The notes beneath the pieces are model-generated. The model did not search any database. It saw only the letters and a list, made by a program, of their open reading frames with translations, and was not told the origin of the DNA. DNA of 64,000 nt from Anaerolineales bacterium. GTDB lineage: Bacteria; Chloroflexota; Anaerolineae; 4572-78; NAK82. The DNA lies in NCBI GenBank assembly GCA_020343875.1, contig CP070811.1, positions 4,882,310-4,946,309 on the forward strand, written 5' to 3'. Below are positions 36,383 through 44,500 of the stretch, piece by piece. The position numbers and the translations under genes were made by a program. How positions within the stretch are numbered: position 1 is the stretch's first letter; every line of letters starts with the position of its first letter.

Positions 36383-38702
36383 AGGACGCGACTAGCGGGT
36401 GGTCCTGCAACGCATCTCGGACGGCAGCTCGCAAAACACCGGTTCCCTTGCCGTGAATAATGCGCACCCAGGGCAGGCCAACCAAGTAGGCGTTGTCCAG
36501 GTACAGGTCCAGCCGGGGTAAGGCTTCTTCTGTTGTCAGGCCACGCAGGTCGAGTTCAAGGCCTGGTGAATCCACTGCAAGCATCCGCAGGTCACTTGCC
36601 TCTGCCCCGCCCTCCCCTGGTGGGGTCTCCGCTTCCACAGCCCGCTCGTGCAATTCAACCTGGTTACGCTTGACGGTGGCCCGAAAGCGGCCTAACTGCA
36701 CCTCGACCTCCCCTCTTCGACTGCTAATGACCTCGCCCACAGCCTGGTACGGCTCGACCCACACCTGATCACCTGCTTGCAGTGGTCCACGGTATTTTGG
36801 TTCCGGCCGGAGCGGCGCCTCTTCCACGCCGACCGTCGCTTCTAAGGTTGCCAGCTCTGCCTCGGCCTTCTTTTCCAACACCGGAAGAGGAGCTTTCCCC
36901 TCTAGGGGGGGAGTAACAGCCCACTCCTGCCGCAAACGACGCAGCTCCTGCCGGACAGCTTCGATCTCACGGCGAGCATCGGCATGGGCTGAATTAAGGA
37001 TCTCACGTCGTTCTTTGTCGATGTTCGCCAGACGTTGGTTAAGTTCCCCCAGGCGGGCTTCAACCTGGACCCGAATCGCCTCGGCAGTAGCCCGCTCGCG
37101 GGTCCCCGCGTCCAGTTGAGCCTGGATGTCTCGCAGCATGGCCTCGGTTTGCAGAGCCTCGGGCGACACTACGTCTTGTGCCACCTGGATTACGCTCTCG
37201 TCCAGGCCCAGCCGACGGGCAATGGCAAACGCATTTGAACGGCCTGGCAGACCAATGGTCAGGCGATAGGTAGGTGCCAGCGTCTCGGCGTCGAACTCGA
37301 CGCTGGCATTAGTAACGCCAGGCGTGGTGTGGGCATAGGCTTTCAGCTCAGAATAATGAGTAGCCACGAAAGTCGTCACGCCATGCTCCCGCAAATGTTC
37401 CAAGATCGCGCGGGCCAGCGCCCAGCCTTCCACAGGATCGGTGCCAGCGCCCAGCTCATCAAGAACCACCAGAGACTTGTCGTCACATTCCGCCAAAATG
37501 CTCACAATGTTTGTCAGGTGCGATGAGAAGGTAGACAGCGACTGCTCAATCGATTGCTCATCCCCCATGTCCGCATAGATGCCTCGAAAGAGAGGTAATA
37601 TCGAGCCTTTGGCAGCAGGGATGTGCAATCCGGCCTGGGCCATCGCGACCAGCAACCCTACCGTCTTCAGGGTGACCGTCTTCCCTCCCGTGTTGGGGCC
37701 AGTGATGACAAGCATAAACGTCTTGGGTGGCAAGTCCACGTCAACGGGAACCACGGTTTCGGGATCTAGCAGCGGATGACGCGCAGCGAGAAGTCTGATG
37801 GAAGCACCAGCTGACTCCACCCACTCAGGCTCGACGGCATCCAGTTCGTCCGCATATTTGGCTTTGGCGAAGGCCAGGTCCAATTCAGCCAGCGCTTCCA
37901 CACTCCAGGCAATATACTTCGACTCTTGCGCCACCAGCTCGGTGAGGGCCAAAAGAACCCTGCGCACTTCTTCCTCTTCGTCTAGCTGGAGCTGATACCA
38001 CCGATTGTTCAGTTCTACGGTCGCCAGCGGCTCAATGAAGAGGGTGGCTCCACTGGCGCTCTGGTCATGGACAATGCCCCGAATGCGCCCTTTGAACTCG
38101 GCACGCAGAGGGATCACGTAACGGCCCTGCCGCTGAGTAACGAATGTCTCCTGTAAATATTGGCTGTTGTGAGGTGATTGCACGATTCTCTGCAGCCGGT
38201 CCAGAAGCCGCTGGTGCGCAACTTCCAACTCGCTGCGAACACGAGCCAACGCCGAGCTGGCTGTGTCAAGTACCTCGCCCCGGTCACTGATGGAGCGAGA
38301 AATCTCCTGGACCAGCTCCGGGCATTCCTGGATACGCCCTACGATGTCGGCCAGGCGTGGGAACTGATCAGCCAACCGACTGATAGCCTGCTTCACATGC
38401 CGGGCAGCGACCAGTGTCTGACGAATATCTAGTAACTCATTGGGAAGCAATGCCGCCGAACGGGACGCTTGTCCCAGCAACGGGCGTACATCCCGCGCTC
38501 CCCCAATGGATACATCAGGCTTGACACCGAGTAGCCGGCGGGCTTCACTTGTCTGGGACTGCATCTCGCAGACTTCAGGCAAATAGAAGGCCGGCACTAG
38601 CCCCAGAGCAAGCTCTTTACTGGCAGAGAAATCCGCCTGGCGGGCCAATCGCTCCAAGATTTTGGGAAATTCGAGGGTATACAGATGTTTGTTTAGACTC
38701 AT
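36318..38702 (-). CDS. mutS2: endonuclease MutS2 (MutS domain V ATPase plus C-terminal Smr)
   Basis: 794 aa. Walker A ITGPNTGGKT, MutS signature STFSSH, a long coiled coil, and a C-terminal Smr (LDLRG...IIHGKGTGVLR). Confidence 0.9.
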   Translation of the reverse strand: MSLNKHLYTLEFPKILERLARQADFSASKELALGLVPAFYLPEVCEMQSQTSEARRLLGVKPDVSIGGARDVRPLLGQASRSAALLPNELLDIRQTLVAARHVKQAISRLADQFPRLADIVGRIQECPELVQEISRSISDRGEVLDTASSALARVRSELEVAHQRLLDRLQRIVQSPHNSQYLQETFVTQRQGRYVIPLRAEFKGRIRGIVHDQSASGATLFIEPLATVELNNRWYQLQLDEEEEVRRVLLALTELVAQESKYIAWSVEALAELDLAFAKAKYADELDAVEPEWVESAGASIRLLAARHPLLDPETVVPVDVDLPPKTFMLVITGPNTGGKTVTLKTVGLLVAMAQAGLHIPAAKGSILPLFRGIYADMGDEQSIEQSLSTFSSHLTNIVSILAECDDKSLVVLDELGAGTDPVEGWALARAILEHLREHGVTTFVATHYSELKAYAHTTPGVTNASVEFDAETLAPTYRLTIGLPGRSNAFAIARRLGLDESVIQVAQDVVSPEALQTEAMLRDIQAQLDAGTRERATAEAIRVQVEARLGELNQRLANIDKERREILNSAHADARREIEAVRQELRRLRQEWAVTPPLEGKAPLPVLEKKAEAELATLEATVGVEEAPLRPEPKYRGPLQAGDQVWVEPYQAVGEVISSRRGEVEVQLGRFRATVKRNQVELHERAVEAETPPGEGGAEASDLRMLAVDSPGLELDLRGLTTEEALPRLDLYLDNAYLVGLPWVRIIHGKGTGVLRAAVRDALQDHPLVASCESGKDGEGGDGVTVAKLAVE

Positions 38703-38719
38703 CGAAGAAACGAGAAGGT

Positions 38720-38786
38720 GGAAGGCTGCCCCGTCCGTCGTTGGGCCCCGCTTGAGAAAGGGGCACTGAGCTTGGGCCAGCCTTCC
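38720..38786 (-). other. intergenic stem-loop between cvpA and mutS2 (9-bp outer stem, inner hairpin)
   Basis: GGAAGGCTG at 38720..38728 is the reverse complement of CAGCCTTCC at 38778..38786. An inner GCCCC/GGGGC hairpin is present. On the minus strand it is followed by a pyrimidine/U-rich run before the mutS2 ATG. Confidence 0.3.
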
Positions 38787-38793
38787 TTATCAT

Positions 38794-39411
38794 CTATTGA
38801 GCTTGTTCCACGAGCCCGGAGAAGAGACGGGGGACATCACCCGGGACCCAGATTCTCACCGACCAGTAGATATAGCGCAAGACATCATTGAACCTGGGCA
38901 CCAGCGTCGATGTGCCTATTTGCCCCTGGATGGCGACCCGGGTGCTGTTGGCGGCAGGCCAGCCAGACCCAACGGCAAACTGAAAGACGGCCAAAATCAA
39001 GCTGATCCAGACAATGGTTACCAGCAAGCCTACCAGCAAGCCAAAAAGTTGATTCAACGGCCCGGTTAGGAACCTGCGACTGCTCTTAGCCATCGCTTCC
39101 TGCAACTCACCTTTCCTCGTGCGCTTACGCTCTTCCGGCGGTGTGCTAAGATAACGAGTGAGGAAACTGAGGCCATTCACAGAGACAAGCAGAAGGAAGA
39201 CAAAGGCCAGTGATTGGCTTCCCTGAACCGACATGGCAGCCAGCAGGTTGCGAAAAAACCGGGCCAGCGGCCGGTGGAGTACAAGGGAAATGACCAGCCC
39301 CACGTACAAGCTGAAGAGACCGATCACCAATCTGCCCGCGCCACGCAGCAGTCCCCACAACATGCCGATCACAAGAAAGAATATCAACAGGAAATCCAAG
39401 GCGTTGAACAT
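38794..39411 (-). CDS. cvpA: CvpA-family membrane protein
   Basis: 205 aa with 4-5 TM helices. The N-terminus (NALDFLLIFFLVIGMLWGLLRG) is typical of CvpA. The cvpA-mutS2 synteny is known from Firmicutes. Confidence 0.7.
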   Translation of the reverse strand: MFNALDFLLIFFLVIGMLWGLLRGAGRLVIGLFSLYVGLVISLVLHRPLARFFRNLLAAMSVQGSQSLAFVFLLLVSVNGLSFLTRYLSTPPEERKRTRKGELQEAMAKSSRRFLTGPLNQLFGLLVGLLVTIVWISLILAVFQFAVGSGWPAANSTRVAIQGQIGTSTLVPRFNDVLRYIYWSVRIWVPGDVPRLFSGLVEQAQ

Positions 39412-39418
39412 CAGTGAC

Positions 39419-40981
39419 TTACCCTCCTTCTCTCAGCGCCCCAGCAATGGATCGGGCCAGCGTTCCATCGGCGATCAACTGTCGGACCGCTTCGATGTAT
39501 GGATACATAATAGCATCATTCTCCAAAAATGGCACATGCTGGCGTACCAGCTCGTAAGCCACGCGAGTCCCCCGCCCCAGTTGTGCCGATGGGCCTAGTT
39601 CTTCATGTCGGAATCCAACGCCCTGAGCGGCGGCCATTAACTCTAGAGCCAGAATCCGTTCCAGGTTATCAAGGATTTGGCAAACCTGCCGAGCAGCTGT
39701 GCAGCCCATACTGACGTGATCTTCCATGTTGGCCGAGGTAGGTATCGTGTCCACGCTGGCAGGGTGGGCCAGTACCTTATTCTCCGAGGTCAGAGCAGCA
39801 GCCGTGTATTGGACGAGCATAAAACCGGAGTTAAGGCCGCCGTGCTTGATGAGAAAAGCCGGCAAAACATGAGCATTGCTTGCCTCATCTGTAAGACGGG
39901 TGATACGCCGCTCCGAGATGTTGCCCAATTCGGTCAGGGCCATAGCCAGATAATCCATTGCGATGGCTACTGGCTCGCCATGGAAGTTACCCCCGGAGAG
40001 AACGACTACTTCGTTTCCTTCAAAGAATAGGAGCGGGTTATCGGTGGCCGCGTTTAACTCAATTTCGATGACCCAGCGGGCGTAGGCAATGGCATCTCGC
40101 ACAGCGCCATGCACCTGGGGGATGCAGCGCAGAGTATACGCATCCTGCACGTTGTAAGGATCGTGGTGGCGGGTAAAGTCGCTGCCATCCAACAACTGAC
40201 GCAAGTGCCGGGCGCAGTCAACTTGCCGCGGGTGAGGGCGAACGGCTTGGATACGTTCATCGAAGGCCAAAGAGGTACCATGCAATGCCTCCAGGCTCAG
40301 ACAACCGGCAGCGTCGGCGATGCAACTCAACTGCTCAGCCTGGTTAACGACCAAAGCCCCCAGGGCACTCATCACCGCTGTGCCATTGGTGAGCGCCAGG
40401 CCCTCTTTGGCGGCCAACACGGTCGGCATCAGACCGGCCCTCCGCAATGCTTCGGCACCAGGCCAGACCTGGCCCTCAAACTCCGCCTCTCCTTCACCGA
40501 TAAGTACCAATGCCATATGGGCCAAGGGAGCCAGATCACCGCTAGCTCCCAGCGAACCCTGGCTGGGGATGACGGGATGCACGCCCCGATTGAGCATATC
40601 CAGCAACAGGTTGAGCGTCTCCAGTCGGATCCCCGAATGGCCCTTGGCCAGGGTGTTGGCGCGGATGAGCATCAACGCGCGCACTGTGGGCCGATCGAAC
40701 GGCTCTCCTACGCCCACCGCATGGCTCATGACGATGTTGCGCTGGAGCTGCTCAACCTGATCAGGCTCGATGATCCGGTCTTTGAATGCCCCGAAGCCAG
40801 TAGTGATACCGTAGACGATTTCGCCCCGCGCAATCAACTCGATGATAGCTTGCTGCGCACGCCGTACTCTGCCCACCGCACCGGGCGACAGCACCACCGT
40901 CGCCTCCCCCGGGGTAGCCCCGGCTATAGCTGCCACTTGCTCAAGGGTCAGACTCTCGCCGTCGAGAGATAGGCTGTTCAT
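39419..40981 (-). CDS. hutH: histidine ammonia-lyase
   Basis: 520 aa. MIO-forming ASG in GSLGASGDLAPLAH. The selectivity motif MSHAVGVG (Ser-His) is typical of HAL rather than PAL/TAL. Confidence 0.9.
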   Translation of the reverse strand: MNSLSLDGESLTLEQVAAIAGATPGEATVVLSPGAVGRVRRAQQAIIELIARGEIVYGITTGFGAFKDRIIEPDQVEQLQRNIVMSHAVGVGEPFDRPTVRALMLIRANTLAKGHSGIRLETLNLLLDMLNRGVHPVIPSQGSLGASGDLAPLAHMALVLIGEGEAEFEGQVWPGAEALRRAGLMPTVLAAKEGLALTNGTAVMSALGALVVNQAEQLSCIADAAGCLSLEALHGTSLAFDERIQAVRPHPRQVDCARHLRQLLDGSDFTRHHDPYNVQDAYTLRCIPQVHGAVRDAIAYARWVIEIELNAATDNPLLFFEGNEVVVLSGGNFHGEPVAIAMDYLAMALTELGNISERRITRLTDEASNAHVLPAFLIKHGGLNSGFMLVQYTAAALTSENKVLAHPASVDTIPTSANMEDHVSMGCTAARQVCQILDNLERILALELMAAAQGVGFRHEELGPSAQLGRGTRVAYELVRQHVPFLENDAIMYPYIEAVRQLIADGTLARSIAGALREGG

Positions 40982-41094
40982 AGTAACTACCTCTGTCAGC
41001 TGATATGGCTGGATTATACCCTAGGCTTAGGCAAAAACAAAGAGCCAGTTATGCCAGCTCTGCGGAATGTGATCTGACAGCAATCAGGAGTAAC

Positions 41095-41123
41095 TTGACC
41101 CCCAGACTCTAAGGGGGTATACT
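41095..41123 (+). promoter_or_regulatory. sigma70-type promoter TTGACC-N17-TATACT
   Basis: Read directly. About 35 nt upstream of the 41160 ATG. Confidence 0.55.
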
Positions 41124-41159
41124 GAAAAGCCAGAACGGCAAAAAACGGAGAAAGACTCT

Positions 41160-41768
41160 ATGGAGATTAGACTCTACGCAACGCTTCGAGAGATCGTTGG
41201 CGGTAAGAGCGTATACATTGACAGTCTGCCAGAGATGACGATCGAGCACCTGCTGCAGGAGATCTTTATCATCCACCCAGCGCTGCGCGCCCAGATATAC
41301 GACCAGGAAGGCCAATTGCGCCCGTCCATCCACGTTTTGGTAAACGGTCGAGACACGCGGTTTCTGGCTGGACTGGACACCCCGGTACAGGCCCACGATC
41401 AGGTGTCGATCTTCCCGCCCGTAGGAGGGGGCGGCCCGAAGGCTGCTCAGCCAGCCAGCAAACTAGGCCCAGCCACCAAGCAAGGCCTGACCCGAGTCAC
41501 CCTCAAATTCACCACCCACGCCCGGGAACGTATGGGCCGCGATCGCCTGGGGTTCACCTTCGCCGGTGACACCTTGCGAGCCTTGCTAAATGACCTGTGT
41601 GCTCAATACGATGTGGGGGATCTGATTCTTGATGCGCGAGGCGAGGTCCAGCCAGGGCTGCAAGTGGTAATTAATGGCCGCTTCGCCTATTTGATGGGGC
41701 ACCTGGACGCGCCAATCCACGATGGAGACCTGGTGGTTCTGATTCACCGGTCCACAGTCGCCTTCTAA
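41160..41768 (+). CDS. tandem beta-grasp protein: MoaD/ThiS-like domain ending in an internal PPVGGGG, a linker, and a second MoaD-like domain without terminal GG
   Basis: 202 aa. Residues 1-92 look like a complete MoaD (MEIRLYATLREIVG...VSIFPPVGGGG). Residues ~110-202 repeat the pattern (VVINGRF..., DGDLVVLIHRSTVAF). Confidence 0.7.
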   Translation: MEIRLYATLREIVGGKSVYIDSLPEMTIEHLLQEIFIIHPALRAQIYDQEGQLRPSIHVLVNGRDTRFLAGLDTPVQAHDQVSIFPPVGGGGPKAAQPASKLGPATKQGLTRVTLKFTTHARERMGRDRLGFTFAGDTLRALLNDLCAQYDVGDLILDARGEVQPGLQVVINGRFAYLMGHLDAPIHDGDLVVLIHRSTVAF

Positions 41769-41843
41769 ACGTGAAGCCCCCCCAAAAAACAAACCGGGCT
41801 CCTCTAGGGAACCCGGTTTCTGAATTGTGATCGAACCAGCAAC

Positions 41844-43676
41844 CTAGGCGATGATCTCCAATTCCTTGAGCTTCTCCTCTGGAACTACTCCGTCTTTCCA
41901 GCCCCGCTTTTCATAGTATTCGGCCAGCATTTCGGCCAGCTCGCAGACTTGGCCCTCTGCGCCAGGGCCGGTAGCAGGTTCCTTCAGGAAGCGCTCCGGC
42001 AGGTAATCGGAGCCCTCGCGGAATCCAACCAGGTTGTTGTAGTATCGCTCCAGGTTGAAGACACGCTCGCCAAGTTTCAACAAATCGCCAGCTGTGTAGG
42101 TCTGACCAGTCACGGCTGAGAGCTGAGCAGCAAAGGCGTCCAGCGACTCCGCGAAGGTAGCAAACTTGCACACGTTTAGGCAGTCCGTCATGGTATGCAC
42201 ATTCTGGAAAATGATCGCGAACTCGCCCTTACCCTTCCACTCCAGCGGGTCCGTCAACGCTGTCGGGCCGAGAACGTTGGCCACGACCTCCCCAGCTGGG
42301 GTGTAGCCTCGCAGGTGGCAGGCGCCCCGGTTCGAGGTGGCATAACCAATCCCCATACCCTTGATACCGCGTGGGTCGTAGGCAGGGATGGCCATCCCCT
42401 TGACCGTCATGGCGATTTCAGGATGCCCCATTGCCTTGGCTGCTCGCTCGGTCCCCTCGGCCAGCAGGTCACCCACCCCATCGCGCATCGCAATCTTGGT
42501 GACTAGCTCGACCATGCTAGCATGATCACCCCACGCCAGACCAGAGCCGTGGCCGTTCAGATAGCCCTTCTCCGTGGCCTCCATGTACATCGAAAGGACA
42601 TTGCCCATCTCGATAGCATCAAGGCTGTAATCGTTGCACAGATCAATCAATTTGGCGATAGACGCAGCGTTGTTGTTGTCACAGTTGGCACCAAAAGCCC
42701 AGGCCGGCTCGTACTCCAGGCTCTCCATGCGCAAGCCCTTATAAGGCCCTTCCGTGATCTCCACCTCCTTTTTGCACGCCACCGGGCAGGCATGGCAGGT
42801 GGGATCACTGACCAAGATGGTCTCCTTGACCCGCTCGCCACTAATGTCTTCATGGGGCGTAAAGTAGGTGAGCTGAGAATTCTTGGTGGGCATAGCCCCG
42901 ATGGCATTCACCATATTCATCAGGACATTGGTGCCGTAGACTGACAATCCGCCCTTGCGCGGCGCCGTGACTACGTCCTCGTGCATAAGTTGCTCTAAGG
43001 CAACCTTTTGTGCTTCCTTGAAACCCTCTTTGTCCGCCGGCCGCGGCCGGTCTTCGTGTTTGCCTCGCACCACGACGCATTTCAGATTCTTGCTGCCGGC
43101 CACGCAGCCAGTGCCTCCCCGGCCAGAGGCGCGGTCGTGCTCGTTAACGATGCAGGCATAGCGCGACAGCTTTTCGCCTCCCTGGCCGATGGCCATGACA
43201 CTCAGATCATCCTCTCCATACTTGTCAAACACGGCCTTGACGGTGTCGTGCACGCCCTTGCCCCACAGCTCCGAGGCATCTTCCAGCGTCACCTCTCCAT
43301 CCTCGATGAAGACATAGGTCGGCCTTGCAGCCTTTCCCTTGAAGACGATACCGTCCAGCCCGGCCCATTTCAGGCGCGCGCCGCTCCAGCCGCCGTGATG
43401 AGAGTCAGCCACCGTACCGGTCAGTGGGGACTTGGTCACCGCCGCAATACGGCCGCTCAAGTTGACATCCGTGCCAGTCAGAGGTCCAGTCATCAGGCAC
43501 AAGATATTGTCCGGCGAAAGGGGATCCACATCGGGGCCATTGTCGAAGACGTATTTTACCCCCAAACCCCGTGACCCAACGTACTTTCGAGCGTCCTCCT
43601 CATCAATAGGCTTGTACTCGACTGCGCCTGATGTCAGGTCGACCCAAGCCACCCGGTTGTGAAACCCTCCTAACAT
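41844..43676 (-). CDS. aor: aldehyde:ferredoxin oxidoreductase (tungstopterin AOR family)
   Basis: 610 aa with an AOR_N start (FHNRVAWVDLTSG...YKPIDEE). It has the Cys ligand region CHACPVACK and family-typical length. Confidence 0.9.
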   Translation of the reverse strand: MLGGFHNRVAWVDLTSGAVEYKPIDEEDARKYVGSRGLGVKYVFDNGPDVDPLSPDNILCLMTGPLTGTDVNLSGRIAAVTKSPLTGTVADSHHGGWSGARLKWAGLDGIVFKGKAARPTYVFIEDGEVTLEDASELWGKGVHDTVKAVFDKYGEDDLSVMAIGQGGEKLSRYACIVNEHDRASGRGGTGCVAGSKNLKCVVVRGKHEDRPRPADKEGFKEAQKVALEQLMHEDVVTAPRKGGLSVYGTNVLMNMVNAIGAMPTKNSQLTYFTPHEDISGERVKETILVSDPTCHACPVACKKEVEITEGPYKGLRMESLEYEPAWAFGANCDNNNAASIAKLIDLCNDYSLDAIEMGNVLSMYMEATEKGYLNGHGSGLAWGDHASMVELVTKIAMRDGVGDLLAEGTERAAKAMGHPEIAMTVKGMAIPAYDPRGIKGMGIGYATSNRGACHLRGYTPAGEVVANVLGPTALTDPLEWKGKGEFAIIFQNVHTMTDCLNVCKFATFAESLDAFAAQLSAVTGQTYTAGDLLKLGERVFNLERYYNNLVGFREGSDYLPERFLKEPATGPGAEGQVCELAEMLAEYYEKRGWKDGVVPEEKLKELEIIA

Positions 43677-43743
43677 AGCTTACCTCCTTCTTTAATAATA
43701 GATTCTTCAGTAGGGACAGGGAATGGCCCCCAACCATCCACTC

Positions 43744-43784
43744 CCAAAACAAAAAGCGTTATGCCTAGAAAGCACAACGCTTTT
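43744..43784 (-). terminator. intrinsic terminator inside the AOR 5' leader
   Basis: Minus-strand RNA: AAAAGCGUUGUGC-UUUCUAG-GCAUAACGCUUUU (13 bp including one G.U), followed by UGUUUUGGG. It ends about 70 nt upstream of the AOR ATG (RBS AAGGAGG). Confidence 0.6.
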
Positions 43785-43942
43785 CACTACACAAATGTCT
43801 AGACCGCCAAAGGCTAGACCTCCCGCTTGCGGCAACACCCACCACGGGACAAGAGCCTGCGTCAAAACAGAAAACCGCCTTTCATTACTGGTCTTCAGCG
43901 ACAAACAGCAGTGGCGGAAACAATGGATCGGAGTGCAGTCCT

Positions 43943-43971
43943 ATTATATCACCGACAACACCGACTGTCAA
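43943..43971 (-). promoter_or_regulatory. perfect consensus sigma70 promoter TTGACA-N17-TATAAT (minus strand)
   Basis: Minus-strand read: cgtcaTTGACAgtcggtgttgtcggtgaTATAATagg. About 260 nt upstream of the AOR start. Confidence 0.75.
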
Positions 43972-44041
43972 TGACGGATAAGCGCGCACGCGAATAGAGG
44001 ATGTAAGTCTCGCGCACTGCTCAACCAGACAGACCGCACCA

Positions 44042-44076
44042 GAAAAAAACAGGGACACGCCACAGGCGGCGTGCCC
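44042..44076 (-). terminator. rho-independent terminator of rpsT
   Basis: Minus-strand read: GGGCACGCC-GCCUGU-GGCGUGUCCC (9 bp plus a 1-nt bulge), followed by UGUUUUUUU. It starts 37 nt after the rpsT stop. Confidence 0.8.
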
Positions 44077-44112
44077 GGTTGTAGTTCGCTTACCCGAGCA
44101 GAGCGATTTGAA

Positions 44113-44385
44113 TTATTCGGCAGCTTGGGCCTTGCGCAGCAATTTGACCAGGCGCGATTTGCGTCGGGCTGCATTGTTTTTATGGATAACACCCTTTTGG
44201 GCAGCCCTATCCAGCGCCCTGATAGCCGAGGCAACCTGGGCCTCAGCCTGTTCCACGTCACCGGCCTCAATCAGACGCCGTGTCTTCTTGATGCCGGACC
44301 GGGCAGACGATCGATAAATCCGATTGGCTACACGCCGCTTTTCATTCTGGCGGGCGCGTTTGATTGCCGATTTGATGTTTGCCAA
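44113..44385 (-). CDS. rpsT: 30S ribosomal protein S20
   Basis: MANIKSAIKRARQNEKRR... 90 aa, basic and helical, typical of S20. Confidence 0.9.
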   Translation of the reverse strand: MANIKSAIKRARQNEKRRVANRIYRSSARSGIKKTRRLIEAGDVEQAEAQVASAIRALDRAAQKGVIHKNNAARRKSRLVKLLRKAQAAE

Positions 44386-44500
44386 AGCTTGTTCCTCCTA
44401 TGCATAATCCAACGCATGATGATACACTGATTTCACAATTTTGTCCAATCCCGACAGTCAACGCGCGTACGCTTGAGTTGAGCCTTTCGCCACGATTGTA

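Noticed and set aside
43870-43936. Possible Moco/Tuco riboswitch in the AOR leader (CUCCGAUCC ... UGAAAGG)
   Set aside because: The two conserved-looking strings are about 55 nt apart, whereas I remember them being close together in the Moco motif. I cannot build the expected helices. The region is reported only as an unclassified leader pending cmscan.
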